The position numbers and the translations under genes are program-made. Below, one piece after another: positions 33,476-43,689 of a stretch of 58,396 nucleotides of DNA. The notes under the pieces are model-generated. The model saw nothing but the letters and a program-made list of their open reading frames with translations, did no database searches and was not told the origin of the DNA. Position 1 is the first letter of the stretch; every line of letters begins with the position of its first letter. Where the stretch lies: the NCBI GenBank assembly GCA_964485215.1, contig CAZAIM010000001.1, positions 1 through 58,396 on the forward strand, written 5' to 3'. The stretch is from an uncultured Bacteroidaceae bacterium. Its GTDB lineage: Bacteria > Bacteroidota > Bacteroidia > Bacteroidales > Bacteroidaceae.

Positions 33476-33505
33476 TTCCTCAGTGTGCAACTGCACACTG
33501 AGGAA
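33476..33505 (-). other. perfect 14-bp-arm hairpin in the SusC-SusD intergenic spacer
   Basis: TTCCTCAGTGTGCA-ac-TGCACACTGAGGAA starts 9 nt after the SusC stop (33514) and ends 18 nt before the SusD ATG (33458). Confidence 0.6.
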
Positions 33506-33513
33506 ATCGTTTT

Positions 33514-36500
33514 TTAGAGATTAACCTTAACACCGAGGTGGAAGCTGCGTGACTGTGGCAACAGGCCGGCATCAACACCTTGATACAACACATTGTTATT
33601 TACCGAGAACTCAGGGTCATTACCCTCATACTTTGTAAATGTGTACACATTCTCCGCAGCACACCAAACTGTCAATCCCTGTAGCCAGTTGACAGAAAGA
33701 GGTATGTCATAAGAGAGTCTTATAGACTTGATTCTCAAATAAGAGCCATCCTCAATCCAACGGTCAGAAAAACGTGAATTGCCTACCGGGTCGCCATAAG
33801 ATACGGCAGGGATGCTTGTCTTCTGTCCGTCGACAGTCCAGCGGTTAGCCATTGCTGATGTCTGGTTGAAGAAACTTGAACCACTCTCAAGCTGCTGACG
33901 ATAGTAGTTATACACATCGTTGCCCACTGAGTAGTTGCAGTTCACATCAAGCTGCAGGTTCTTGTATGAGAGCCTTGTGAATATATTACCGTAGATATCC
34001 GGATTCGGATTACCGATGATTGTCTTGTCGTTCTCATCGATACAGCCGATGTTGTCGGGGTCTACACCTGGATTTACATCCACGAACTTTACATCACCAG
34101 CCTTGAAGTACTGCTTGGCACCTGTTGCATCGCGCTGGAAAAGACCTAGTTCATCAGCCTCCTTCGCACTTGCGATAACACCGTCAGTCTTGTATCCCCA
34201 GAAGGAACCGATAGACTTGCCGACCATAGTTGCAACCTCGCCACCGTAAACCTGAACCGGAGCAATCTCTTCGTCAAGTGCTGTAATCTCGTTCTTATAA
34301 TGACCGACTGAAGCACCAAGTTCCCACTGGAAATTACGGCTGTTTATCAGCTTGGCATTCAAGGTAGCCTCAATACCCATATTCTCGAGTTCACCACCGT
34401 TGGCCCAATACTTATCCATACCTGTCACGAACTGATACTGCTTCTGCACAAGCAAGTCACTTGTTGTAGATTTGTACCAATCGAGAGAGAGGGCAAGACG
34501 GTTTTCAAAGAGCATCGCATCCAAACCAACGTTTACACGTGATGTTGTTTCCCACTTGACACCGTCGTTCTCTACATTGCCAAGTTCGAGACCCATATAC
34601 TGGTCATAGTACTTTACAGCCTGCAAATAGCTGCGGGCAGCAAAATAATCGATAGCATCGTTACCTGTTATGTCGAAACCTGCACGCAACTTGAGCTGGT
34701 TCACACCCTTGAGTTTGAACCAAGGTTCAGAAGAAACGAGCCATGCTGCCTGTACAGAGGGGAAGAAGCCCCAAGCCACACCGCACATCTTGAGAGCATT
34801 GTCGGCATTGCCGCCGAAACGTGACGATGTCTCAAGTGATGCAGCAAGCTGCAAGAAGTAGCGTGTCTTGTATGAGTAATCGGCTGAAAGATACCATGCC
34901 ATATTAGACCACACATTCTTGTCGCCCTCACTTGAAATGTGGTTGAGCGAAGTACTGATGTTGAAGGTATTGTCACTACCAGAGTTCGCACCCGATATTG
35001 CATTGGAATCGAAGTTGAAGTTGGTATAACGGAAACCTCCGAAGACATCAAAGCTGTGGGCACCGAATACCTTGTTCCAAGAAACGCGGGTATCGCTTGA
35101 AAGGGCAGTCTCCTTGCCGAAGAATGATGAAATATAGTTACCAATCTTTCCGTTCAGAGACTTTACATAGAAGTGATAGTATGTATTGTCGGCCGATGTC
35201 GGATATGGCAGATAATACTTCTCGCTCACACGGTACAATGAGTAGTTGAAAATCTCGGAAATTGTAAAGTCACCAAGCTTGTATTCCGGAGCCACAGTGA
35301 TTCCCATGTTTGTATACTCGAGTTCGTTTTTCTCTGTACCTGCACCCTTTGTAAGGATAGTCAACGGGTTATAGTATGCGTTGTTTGGATATGCGACACC
35401 TGCCTTTTTCACAACGTCGAAAGCATATGAGTCGGCAACATCGAGAATATCGCTTATCTCACCTGAAACCGCATAACGGTATGGGCTGAGGAACGGAGAC
35501 TTGATGACAGAAAGCATACCTGGAGAACTCAACGGGAAAGCCTCGGCATCCTCGCGCAAACCGTCGTCAAACAGTTCACGTGCAACACGTGAATATGCAA
35601 TATCAACACGTGTCTTGAAGTTGTCGGTAAGCAGGATGTCCGAATTCAGACGGATGTTCAGACGGTCGAAATCATTACCCTTGAGCGGTGTGTCACCGGT
35701 TGTGTAACCGAACGAGAAGTTGTACATAGCAACGTCGTCACCACCCTCGACATTCACCTTGTAGTTCTGTGTAAGAGCCTCGCGGTAAACAAGGTCGGTC
35801 CAATCTGTATCGTTATGATACTTGTTGTAGTAGATAAAGTCCTTGTCGGAGCGCAGGAAAGGAATGTTGCTGTTGGCATTTATATCCATTGTGCTTATAA
35901 GGTCATTGGCATAGACACGGTAAGCCTCCGGACCCAGCATCTTAGGAGTTTCGGGAGCAAGTGTCACATTGGCATAAATGTTTGCAGTGATTCGGGTAGC
36001 CATACTCTCACCACGCTTTGTATTGATGATTATGACACCGTTTGCAGCACGTGCACCATATATTGCCGCACCATTCTTCAGAACCTTTACATCGCGGATA
36101 TCATTCACGTCAATTGCCGAAAGGATATTGTTGTAGACACCCATGTGGATTGTCTCGTTGCCCTCCTGCATGTCCCAAATGACGCCATCGACTATTATCA
36201 GAGGCTGAGTATTGGCATTCAAAGAGTTTATACCACGGATAAGCATCATTGCACCGACACCCGGAGTTCCCGAACGCATGATGGAGCGCACATCGGCACC
36301 AAGCTGGTTCTGAATCTCGGAGTCAATGGTCACAGCAGATGAAATTCCGTTATCGAAGCCTCTCTCTGCTGTAAAGTTCAACTCATTCGAATAATTCTCC
36401 TGGAACTTGTCGGAATAGAGACGGACATTGACAATGTCGTTATCGCCTACCGGACGCTGAACAAGCAGATACTCAGGAGTTGAGAAACTCAAGAGAGTAA

Positions 36501-36807
36501 CATAAGATGGAACATTGAGTTCATACTTACCCTCAGCGTTTGTCATCGCGGTTATCCTTGAATGACCTGTTGCCTGCACGCGGACACCGGCCATCGGCAT
36601 ATTGGTAGCAGCATCATACACTGTACCGGTAATGGTACGTACATCGTCTGCAACAACCTTACTAGCCTCGACCTTTACAGAATCGCTTGTAAAATAACCG
36701 TCAGGCATTGTATCCGACGCGTGGACGGCTGATGGCACCAATACCATTAATGCCACCGATAATTGCATAATTTGTCGCATATACATATTTAATTTTCTTT
36801 TTTTCAT
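33514..36807 (-). CDS. SusC/RagA-family TonB-dependent outer-membrane transporter
   Basis: 1097 aa. A signal peptide is followed by a CarboxypepD_reg-like N-domain (TGTVYDAATNMPMAGVRV...TNAEGKYEL). The plug contains GAMMLIRGINS and NGVIIINTKRG, and the terminus is a beta-barrel ending in ...GVKVNL. No STN domain is present. Confidence 0.9.
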   Translation of the reverse strand: MKKRKLNMYMRQIMQLSVALMVLVPSAVHASDTMPDGYFTSDSVKVEASKVVADDVRTITGTVYDAATNMPMAGVRVQATGHSRITAMTNAEGKYELNVPSYVTLLSFSTPEYLLVQRPVGDNDIVNVRLYSDKFQENYSNELNFTAERGFDNGISSAVTIDSEIQNQLGADVRSIMRSGTPGVGAMMLIRGINSLNANTQPLIIVDGVIWDMQEGNETIHMGVYNNILSAIDVNDIRDVKVLKNGAAIYGARAANGVIIINTKRGESMATRITANIYANVTLAPETPKMLGPEAYRVYANDLISTMDINANSNIPFLRSDKDFIYYNKYHNDTDWTDLVYREALTQNYKVNVEGGDDVAMYNFSFGYTTGDTPLKGNDFDRLNIRLNSDILLTDNFKTRVDIAYSRVARELFDDGLREDAEAFPLSSPGMLSVIKSPFLSPYRYAVSGEISDILDVADSYAFDVVKKAGVAYPNNAYYNPLTILTKGAGTEKNELEYTNMGITVAPEYKLGDFTISEIFNYSLYRVSEKYYLPYPTSADNTYYHFYVKSLNGKIGNYISSFFGKETALSSDTRVSWNKVFGAHSFDVFGGFRYTNFNFDSNAISGANSGSDNTFNISTSLNHISSEGDKNVWSNMAWYLSADYSYKTRYFLQLAASLETSSRFGGNADNALKMCGVAWGFFPSVQAAWLVSSEPWFKLKGVNQLKLRAGFDITGNDAIDYFAARSYLQAVKYYDQYMGLELGNVENDGVKWETTSRVNVGLDAMLFENRLALSLDWYKSTTSDLLVQKQYQFVTGMDKYWANGGELENMGIEATLNAKLINSRNFQWELGASVGHYKNEITALDEEIAPVQVYGGEVATMVGKSIGSFWGYKTDGVIASAKEADELGLFQRDATGAKQYFKAGDVKFVDVNPGVDPDNIGCIDENDKTIIGNPNPDIYGNIFTRLSYKNLQLDVNCNYSVGNDVYNYYRQQLESGSSFFNQTSAMANRWTVDGQKTSIPAVSYGDPVGNSRFSDRWIEDGSYLRIKSIRLSYDIPLSVNWLQGLTVWCAAENVYTFTKYEGNDPEFSVNNNVLYQGVDAGLLPQSRSFHLGVKVNL

Positions 36808-36815
36808 CTTACAAA

Positions 36816-38477
36816 CTATTCTTCAGAATCCTCTACTGGTTCGAAAATCACGGCATCAAGACGCAAAGATGTGTCAAGATCGTTTCCTCGGTTTGTCTTG
36901 ATTTCAATATATGTATCGAAATCCTTCTCAGAATATGAATTATAGAATTCACAATATGGAATATCAACTACAAGACGCTCTCCCTTATTGTTTTTCAGGA
37001 ATACAGTATCAATACGGGTTGGGTCGTTATAGACGTTTGTAACCTGATAGAGACGCTTGGTACCCTGATAGACTGCAACAGTAAACTTGCTTTGAAGCAG
37101 TTCTGACTCGTCTACCTTGGTAAGGATATTCTTTGGAACAACAATAAATGCAACATTGTAGCTTGCAGAGAGGAGTTTAGGAACCTTTACACGGACTGTA
37201 GCAGCAGCCTTGGGGCTCTCGCTCTCAAAATATCTGCTGCCCGAAATTGCACAGCCGGCAAAGATTGAATCATTCTTGAGCTGGGTCTTTGTTACAGTTT
37301 TGATAGAGTTATTCTGTGCAGAAGCATAGAAACGCATTATATCGTCCTCAACCTCAACCTTTATTGTGTCGTGCCACAAATCGAACTGGGTGAACGGAGA
37401 CTTGTCCACTATCTTCAGGACTCCGTTAGAGAGTTCCTTTGTGAATATGACGTTCTGTTCGAGCTGGGCTCTCAAGAACTCGGGACGTTCGCCACTACGG
37501 TATGCAGGCATAACAGAATCGGGATTGTTTACATGCTTCTGTTCATACTCGCTGAAAGAGATATACTTGACCACATTGAAATGAGAATAGTGGTTACGCA
37601 ACGAGTCGCGGTACAAGCTATCCATTGATACCGGATTATAGGCCGTCCTGTTATAGTTGAAGTGCTTGTCTGCCTTTTTAACCATCTCAGCCCAAACCTC
37701 ATTAGTAGGAACATACACTACATAGAGCGAGTCCTCCTTGTCGATTGCGCCTACACCCGACCAAGGATTAAGCATCACATTGGTTGTTGTAAAGACTGAG
37801 TCGAGATAGGTCTGAGCACCATCCTTAATAGGACCGAGTATACTCTGCCCCGGGTTGAAATCCACGACATTGAAAGAATAGAGATAGTTTGCAACAGAGT
37901 CTATACGAGAATCGAGTTTCAAATACTCCCAGATGCTGTACTTGTACTCTGAAGGATTTTCTATCTTGTGAAGAATACCGTTCCATGCACGGATGTTGCA
38001 CTCTGTCAGTTTTCGGCCGCCAAAGAAATATCCGCTTGTATAGTTACCCTCAAAGACAGCGACCTTCTCATTGAGAAGAAGAATCTTGTTGTCCTCGTCG
38101 AGTTTTCCGTTCGCAGGCTTCAGATGGTTAGAAATGTGAGCCATAACGAATGTCCTGAACACGACGTCACGATTGCCGGCTTCTATCTCGGCAGCTATCG
38201 AATCTTTGTTGAAACTGTTATTCTCGGGAGCCCACAAAGTATAGACCCTTGACTGGTTGAACAAAGAATCGGCACACTCCGCTCCGCAAAGGTCAACAAT
38301 CTCCATAAAGTCTGTCAAATCCGCGTCGGCCTTTACTACCTCATACAAAGTCTTGTCGGCGTATGGAGTCTCCGGAGTTACCTTCAGGCCTTCTGAATCC
38401 TCACAAGAGGCACCCAGCAACGTTGCACCCAACAACATTGCACCGGTAAGAATTCTATGTTTAAAAATTGTATTCAT
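36816..38477 (-). CDS. fasciclin (FAS1) domain surface lipoprotein
   Basis: Start set at ATG 38477, giving MNTIFKHRILTGAMLLGATLLGASCED. The FAS1 H1-like motif is VYTLWAPENNSF and the H2-like motif is NGILHKIENP. It sits between two SusC/D pairs. Confidence 0.65.
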   Translation of the reverse strand: MNTIFKHRILTGAMLLGATLLGASCEDSEGLKVTPETPYADKTLYEVVKADADLTDFMEIVDLCGAECADSLFNQSRVYTLWAPENNSFNKDSIAAEIEAGNRDVVFRTFVMAHISNHLKPANGKLDEDNKILLLNEKVAVFEGNYTSGYFFGGRKLTECNIRAWNGILHKIENPSEYKYSIWEYLKLDSRIDSVANYLYSFNVVDFNPGQSILGPIKDGAQTYLDSVFTTTNVMLNPWSGVGAIDKEDSLYVVYVPTNEVWAEMVKKADKHFNYNRTAYNPVSMDSLYRDSLRNHYSHFNVVKYISFSEYEQKHVNNPDSVMPAYRSGERPEFLRAQLEQNVIFTKELSNGVLKIVDKSPFTQFDLWHDTIKVEVEDDIMRFYASAQNNSIKTVTKTQLKNDSIFAGCAISGSRYFESESPKAAATVRVKVPKLLSASYNVAFIVVPKNILTKVDESELLQSKFTVAVYQGTKRLYQVTNVYNDPTRIDTVFLKNNKGERLVVDIPYCEFYNSYSEKDFDTYIEIKTNRGNDLDTSLRLDAVIFEPVEDSEE

Positions 38478-38580
38478 ATAAAGTTTGTTTTTTGTTTTCC
38501 TTGTAAAGGAGGCTCTGCCCAAAATACTGAATACTCCAAACAGAGACCATCCTTATTAGTAAAATCCGTTCAACTCCAAA

Positions 38581-40332
38581 TTAATTCATCTCAACCGATT
38601 CATCATCATTCACATAAGCAGGGTTCTGCTTCAAGAGTTTGTTGTAACGTATCTCATCGATATGAATTGGGAAGAAGAGACCGTCTATGGTAGACATCTT
38701 GCTCTTTACAACACCTGAATTGCTATCGAGCTTGTCGGCAACGAACTTGATGTTGTTTGTCGACTTCTCACGCAAGGCTTTGCGCACAAGGTCGAACCAA
38801 CGCTTGCCCTCGAATGAGAGTTCAAGAAGACGCTCCTTCAACACAAGTTCCTGAATGGCCTCCTTGTTTGTGTAGTTGCTTGCAATGAGCTTGCCTTTCT
38901 TTATATTGGTTGAATCAATTCTTGAACGTGTATTGATTGCCTCTACAATGTCGAAGGCCTTTGCAAAATCCTTACTGTCTGCCGAAGGACGTGAAACCAT
39001 AGCCTCGGCCATCATAAGAAGGACATCGGTCTTGCGGTAAACAATCCAGTTGGCATCGTACTCACCCGACTTGCGGTAGTCGGTCGCAGGAGAAGACTTG
39101 GCCGAATACTTCACAATGCAAACATCATTCTTCTCGTTGCTGCCCGAAGAACTGCCGGTACCTGTGCCGCCGGATATTGTCTTGGCATTAGTAAATGAAT
39201 ATGCACGGAGGTCATCATCGGTATAATTCTTCAAGAAGTTAGAAGGAACAACGACATTGCCGTGCTTACCCTCGGTACCGAATACATAATAAGCACCCTT
39301 GTATCCGCCATTGTCGGCATTGTCACGCTCTACCTGAAGCTCAAATATCGATTCATCTGAATTTCCGAAACCGAAGATTTCGTCATAGACAGTACTTTGG
39401 TGGCTCTTTGTCTTCTCTTCGGGCTCACCGTAGTTCTGCAACAGATTATAGCGATACTTCACCTGTGGTCTGTTGCCGCCCATCTTGTCATACTTCTCCT
39501 CGAGCAAAAGGTCCATATTTGTTATCACATCCTCGCAATTCTGCACACAGAGGTCATAGTAATTCTGGACATCGCCAGCAGAAACCAGTTCGCTCTCGCC
39601 TTCATAATAGGCGGCAAACGCTGCACGCCACAGGTTCACGTCGGCCTTCATAGCCAACACTGCATTCTGTGTAATGCGTCCGTAGTTGCTTTCAACAGTA
39701 GTGAACTTGCCCGATTTCATTACAAGTTTCTCGGCACGGTCGAGGTCTTCCATAATAAGGTTCAGAGCCTCGAGCGGATGCACCTGGACATAATCGGGAA
39801 GGTCGGCATCATTGGCCGCAGGCACCAAAGCCATAGGAATGTCGCGGAATGTCCTTACAAGGTAGAAGTGACAGAGAGCACGCATGGCATACATCTCACC
39901 CATAACAACATCAAGGTCGCCCTCTGTAAAGTCGGGGTCGCGTTCCACTACCAAAGGAGCATACTCAAGCACAAGGTTTGCGCAGTTGATAGCCTCATAG
40001 TATATGCCCCACTTGTTGAATGAGTTATCATCGAGCAGGTTAGCCTCTACTATGTACTTAATATCCTCATTATATGACGCTGGGAAAGTCATATTGTCGG
40101 CACGCAGCTCGCCCCAAATAAGAGCCTTCTGCACGGCATCCGAACTCATCAGTTTCAGATAACTGTTGGCAAGCATACCGTTAACCTGGTCTTTAGTCTG
40201 CCAAAAGTCTTCATGTACAATCTTGTCGGCCGGTATAATGGTCAAGTAATCGGTACAGGAACTCATCAATGTGCCGAACATCAATGTTGCTGCTAAAACA
40301 GCTTTTCTATATATTTTCATAGTTCTTTTCAT
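38581..40332 (-). CDS. SusD/RagB-family nutrient-binding outer-membrane lipoprotein
   Basis: Start set at ATG 40332, giving MKRTMKIYRKAVLAATLMFGTLMSSC; the track start 40341 is TTG. The fold pattern is SusD-like, with RALCHFYLVR, ERLLELSFEGKRWFDLVR and the terminal FPIH..E. Confidence 0.85.
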   Translation of the reverse strand: MKRTMKIYRKAVLAATLMFGTLMSSCTDYLTIIPADKIVHEDFWQTKDQVNGMLANSYLKLMSSDAVQKALIWGELRADNMTFPASYNEDIKYIVEANLLDDNSFNKWGIYYEAINCANLVLEYAPLVVERDPDFTEGDLDVVMGEMYAMRALCHFYLVRTFRDIPMALVPAANDADLPDYVQVHPLEALNLIMEDLDRAEKLVMKSGKFTTVESNYGRITQNAVLAMKADVNLWRAAFAAYYEGESELVSAGDVQNYYDLCVQNCEDVITNMDLLLEEKYDKMGGNRPQVKYRYNLLQNYGEPEEKTKSHQSTVYDEIFGFGNSDESIFELQVERDNADNGGYKGAYYVFGTEGKHGNVVVPSNFLKNYTDDDLRAYSFTNAKTISGGTGTGSSSGSNEKNDVCIVKYSAKSSPATDYRKSGEYDANWIVYRKTDVLLMMAEAMVSRPSADSKDFAKAFDIVEAINTRSRIDSTNIKKGKLIASNYTNKEAIQELVLKERLLELSFEGKRWFDLVRKALREKSTNNIKFVADKLDSNSGVVKSKMSTIDGLFFPIHIDEIRYNKLLKQNPAYVNDDESVEMN

Positions 40333-40344
40333 AATCTTCAACTT

Positions 40345-43300
40345 TTAGAAACCGAGTGATAGTGAAACAGTGTATGAACGTGAACGTGGCGTCTTGGTGT
40401 TGTCATAAGCTACACCGTCTGCACTGCTTGAAACCTCAGGCTCAAGACCTGAATATTTTGTCCAGAAACATACGTTGTCGGCCGAAACGTAAAGATTAAG
40501 GTTCTTGAGACCAAACTTCTTCAGCCAGTCGGGCTCGAACGAATAAGAGAGCTGTACATATGAGAGACGCACATATGACGCATCCTCAACATAACGGTCA
40601 CTACCGAGGTAGTTGTAAGCATTGTCACTGCCATAAACGGCACGTGGAATCTCGGTGATGTCACCCTCCTTGCGCCAACGCCAGTTAACAGCGACACTCT
40701 GGTTGTTGAATGAAGACATATTCTCGAACGACATACGTGACATATTCACAACGTCAACATCCCAACGGTAGGTAAAATTGGTCTTCAATGTCCATTTCTT
40801 GTAACGGAATGTCAAACCGAAACCACCCTGAGCCGCAGGGTTTGAGTTACCGAGATATACGATATCGAGCTGGTTGATTGTACCGTCGTGGTTAATATCC
40901 TCGTAGATTGCATCACCACCGCGGAACTCATACTTGTTGTATGTTATCAAGTCCTCATTGTCAAAGAAAAGAGCCATCTTCTTAGGTGTTCCGTCAGCCT
41001 CGTAGACTACATTGCCCTGAGCATCGCGCACGATAGGACAGGTACCGTTTCTTCCGGCCTCTTCCTCAGCGAGAGCCTTTTCCCAGTTCTTGTAGCTGTA
41101 ACGGTAAACTCCCTTGTAACGGAAACCGTAGATGGCACCGCTTGGGTTACCTATCTGTATGCGGCCAAGATACTTGCCGTTCTCGGGATACTCGTACTTG
41201 CCGTTTTTCTCCTCGAGATAAGCCTCTTCAAGTTCAAGAATCTCATTGAAGTTCTTACCGATGTTGAAGTACATTGAGAACGAAAGATCCTTCACAATCT
41301 TCACGTTATTGAGGTTGAAGTTAAGCTCCCAACCAGAGTTGCGCACAGTACCGGAGTTCTTGTATCCAAGGCTTGAATAACCTGTAGAAGAAGGAATCTT
41401 GTAGTTGCCGATAATCTGGTCGTATGTAGTTCCGCTGTAGTAGTTGAATGAACCGGTAAGGTATCCATTGAAAATACCGAAGTCGGAACCGATGTTCCAT
41501 TCACGCTTGTCGGAACGGCGGAGGTCTGTCAAACGTATACCGTCCATTCTGAATGCTGCCATTCCCAGATAGCTTTGCCCAACGGGAGAATAGCTGTTGA
41601 ATGTAAGGTTAGAACCTGGTGCGTGACCGTCCATACCGAAACCGGGACGGATTGAGAGCATTGACAGGAACGGCTTTGACCACTCCATCCACTTCTCGTC
41701 GATGATGTTCCAACGAGCCGAGATTGAAGGATATGCAGCCCACTTTCTGTCGTCACCCATAGCTGTGTGTCCCTCGCCACGTACTGCAAGACGCAAAGAG
41801 TACTTTGACTTGTATGAGTAGTGCGCATCGAACACGAAGCTGATGTTGCGGTTCTCCCACTTGCTTGTACCGGCACCGTTAAGCTTTGAACCTACTGTAG
41901 AACTGCTTATATTGCCGGTTGGCAAACCTACAGCTGTCGAGTTCTGTGAGTTACCGTTACTTGTCTGAAGCTCAAACTGGGCGTTCATAGTAAGGAAGTG
42001 ATCCTTGTTGCCCAAGTATGGAGTGAAGATAAACTGATGACGTGTTGTAAAGCTCAAGCTCTTGCTGTCATCGGCCTGCGACTGGTTCTTGTATGTATCG
42101 GTCCAGTTGTCCATAGAGAGAGCGGCCGGAGTGTACACGGTACCTGAATATGTTGACGCATTCAAGTTAACCATACCACGATACTTGAGCTGTGTCTCAT
42201 CGTCCTCAAGGCCGAGAAGATTATACTCGAATGTAATCTGCGGGTTAATGCTGTAGTTCTCGGTGTGGTACTGTGCAAGGTTACCTACGGCAATAGGATT
42301 CTTGCGGCCATACATTGAACTCTGGAAAATATTCGGGTCGGCATACTTGAGCATTGAATAGTAGTCTTCAGTATTGTTACCCTCGGCATCCTGCTTATAG
42401 ATGCTCATGTTAGGCATCATAAGCTGCGCATCGCTGAGCAGACCCGATGTGTTTCTCCTATTCTTTGAATAAGAGAAAGCAAAGTCAGCAATAACCTTGA
42501 TGCGCTGCGATACATAGTAGTCGAGAGCAAGACGGGAGGTGAAGTTCTGCATATACTGTCCAATCACCTGACCGGTCTCGTTAGAGTAACCGCCTGAGAT
42601 ACGGAATGTAGCCTTCTCGCCACCACCGCTTATGTTAATGTTATACTCGTTACGGTAACCGTGCTTAGAGACTGCATCAACCCAATCGGTATTGTTGTTG
42701 AAGTTCTCATACTCGGGGAATGTCTTGTCGTAGTTAAGCTCGGGAATATCCACACCTTGCTGGTCACGGTTAAAGAGAGCCTGCTTGATGAGCATTGTAT
42801 AGTCGTCACCGCTCAACAGGTTCACACCGCTCGGTGTCCACTTGTCTTTGAACTTATATGTAAAGCTCACACGTGTGGGACCTCTCTTACCACGCTTGGT
42901 CTTAATCTTGATGACACCGTTGGCACCTCTTGAACCCCAAACGGCACAAGAAGCAGCATCCTTCAATACCTCAATTTCTGCAATATCCTCGGTGTTGACC
43001 ATCAGAAGCTCAGCGAAGCTCTCGTTTGTTGCATCCTCGAAGTTGAAGCTGCCCTCGTCTACCTCAAAGATATTGTCGTCGACAACGATAAGCGGTGTCG
43101 CGTCACCCTCGAGCATTGAGTTACCACGAAGACGCATCTGAGTACCGGAACCTACGTCACCCGAATTGAAGACGATGTCAAGACCGGCAATCTGTCCCTG
43201 CAAAGCCTCGTCGACCGATGCAAAGGAGAGACCATCCATTTCATCCATGCTAATCTTCTGAGAAGCATGTGTCATTTCTCGTTCCAAAATATCAAGACCG

Positions 43301-43662
43301 TTGGAACGTGACACCTGCTTGGCGGTGATAACGACCTCGTCAATGACATTATCCTCAACCATCTTGACATTAAAGACGGTACGTGAACCGATTTCAAGAC
43401 GTTGTGTCTTGTAACCGATATAAGAAATCTCAAGGACATTGCTTGTATTCTTTACAACCATTGAGAAGTTTCCCTCGAAGTCGGTTGTAGCAGCCTCGAT
43501 GATACGGTTACTTTTGTCACGCTCGGTTATATTCACCATAATCAGCGGACCTTCGGCGTCACTTGATATCGTACCCGAAATTCTCGCGCTCTTCTGTGCG
43601 AATGATGCAGTTCCAAGACTGCAAAGAAGCACGAGCAATAGTAAATGCTTTATTTTTATCAT
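40345..43662 (-). CDS. SusC/RagA-family TonB-dependent outer-membrane transporter
   Basis: 1105 aa. A signal peptide precedes a CarboxypepD_reg-like domain (ISGTISSDAEGPLIMVNI...TDFEGNFSM). The plug contains MRLRGNS and NGVIKIKTKRG, and the protein ends in the aromatic residue ...SLSLGF. No STN domain is present. Confidence 0.9.
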   Translation of the reverse strand: MIKIKHLLLLVLLCSLGTASFAQKSARISGTISSDAEGPLIMVNITERDKSNRIIEAATTDFEGNFSMVVKNTSNVLEISYIGYKTQRLEIGSRTVFNVKMVEDNVIDEVVITAKQVSRSNGLDILEREMTHASQKISMDEMDGLSFASVDEALQGQIAGLDIVFNSGDVGSGTQMRLRGNSMLEGDATPLIVVDDNIFEVDEGSFNFEDATNESFAELLMVNTEDIAEIEVLKDAASCAVWGSRGANGVIKIKTKRGKRGPTRVSFTYKFKDKWTPSGVNLLSGDDYTMLIKQALFNRDQQGVDIPELNYDKTFPEYENFNNNTDWVDAVSKHGYRNEYNINISGGGEKATFRISGGYSNETGQVIGQYMQNFTSRLALDYYVSQRIKVIADFAFSYSKNRRNTSGLLSDAQLMMPNMSIYKQDAEGNNTEDYYSMLKYADPNIFQSSMYGRKNPIAVGNLAQYHTENYSINPQITFEYNLLGLEDDETQLKYRGMVNLNASTYSGTVYTPAALSMDNWTDTYKNQSQADDSKSLSFTTRHQFIFTPYLGNKDHFLTMNAQFELQTSNGNSQNSTAVGLPTGNISSSTVGSKLNGAGTSKWENRNISFVFDAHYSYKSKYSLRLAVRGEGHTAMGDDRKWAAYPSISARWNIIDEKWMEWSKPFLSMLSIRPGFGMDGHAPGSNLTFNSYSPVGQSYLGMAAFRMDGIRLTDLRRSDKREWNIGSDFGIFNGYLTGSFNYYSGTTYDQIIGNYKIPSSTGYSSLGYKNSGTVRNSGWELNFNLNNVKIVKDLSFSMYFNIGKNFNEILELEEAYLEEKNGKYEYPENGKYLGRIQIGNPSGAIYGFRYKGVYRYSYKNWEKALAEEEAGRNGTCPIVRDAQGNVVYEADGTPKKMALFFDNEDLITYNKYEFRGGDAIYEDINHDGTINQLDIVYLGNSNPAAQGGFGLTFRYKKWTLKTNFTYRWDVDVVNMSRMSFENMSSFNNQSVAVNWRWRKEGDITEIPRAVYGSDNAYNYLGSDRYVEDASYVRLSYVQLSYSFEPDWLKKFGLKNLNLYVSADNVCFWTKYSGLEPEVSSSADGVAYDNTKTPRSRSYTVSLSLGF

Positions 43663-43689
43663 AGTTATTATGTTTATTCTACACTACTA

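Noticed and set aside
39397-40023. 208-aa plus-strand ORF antisense to the SusD-like gene
   Set aside because: It is a shadow ORF, whereas the minus-strand frame has a lipobox and SusD-family features.
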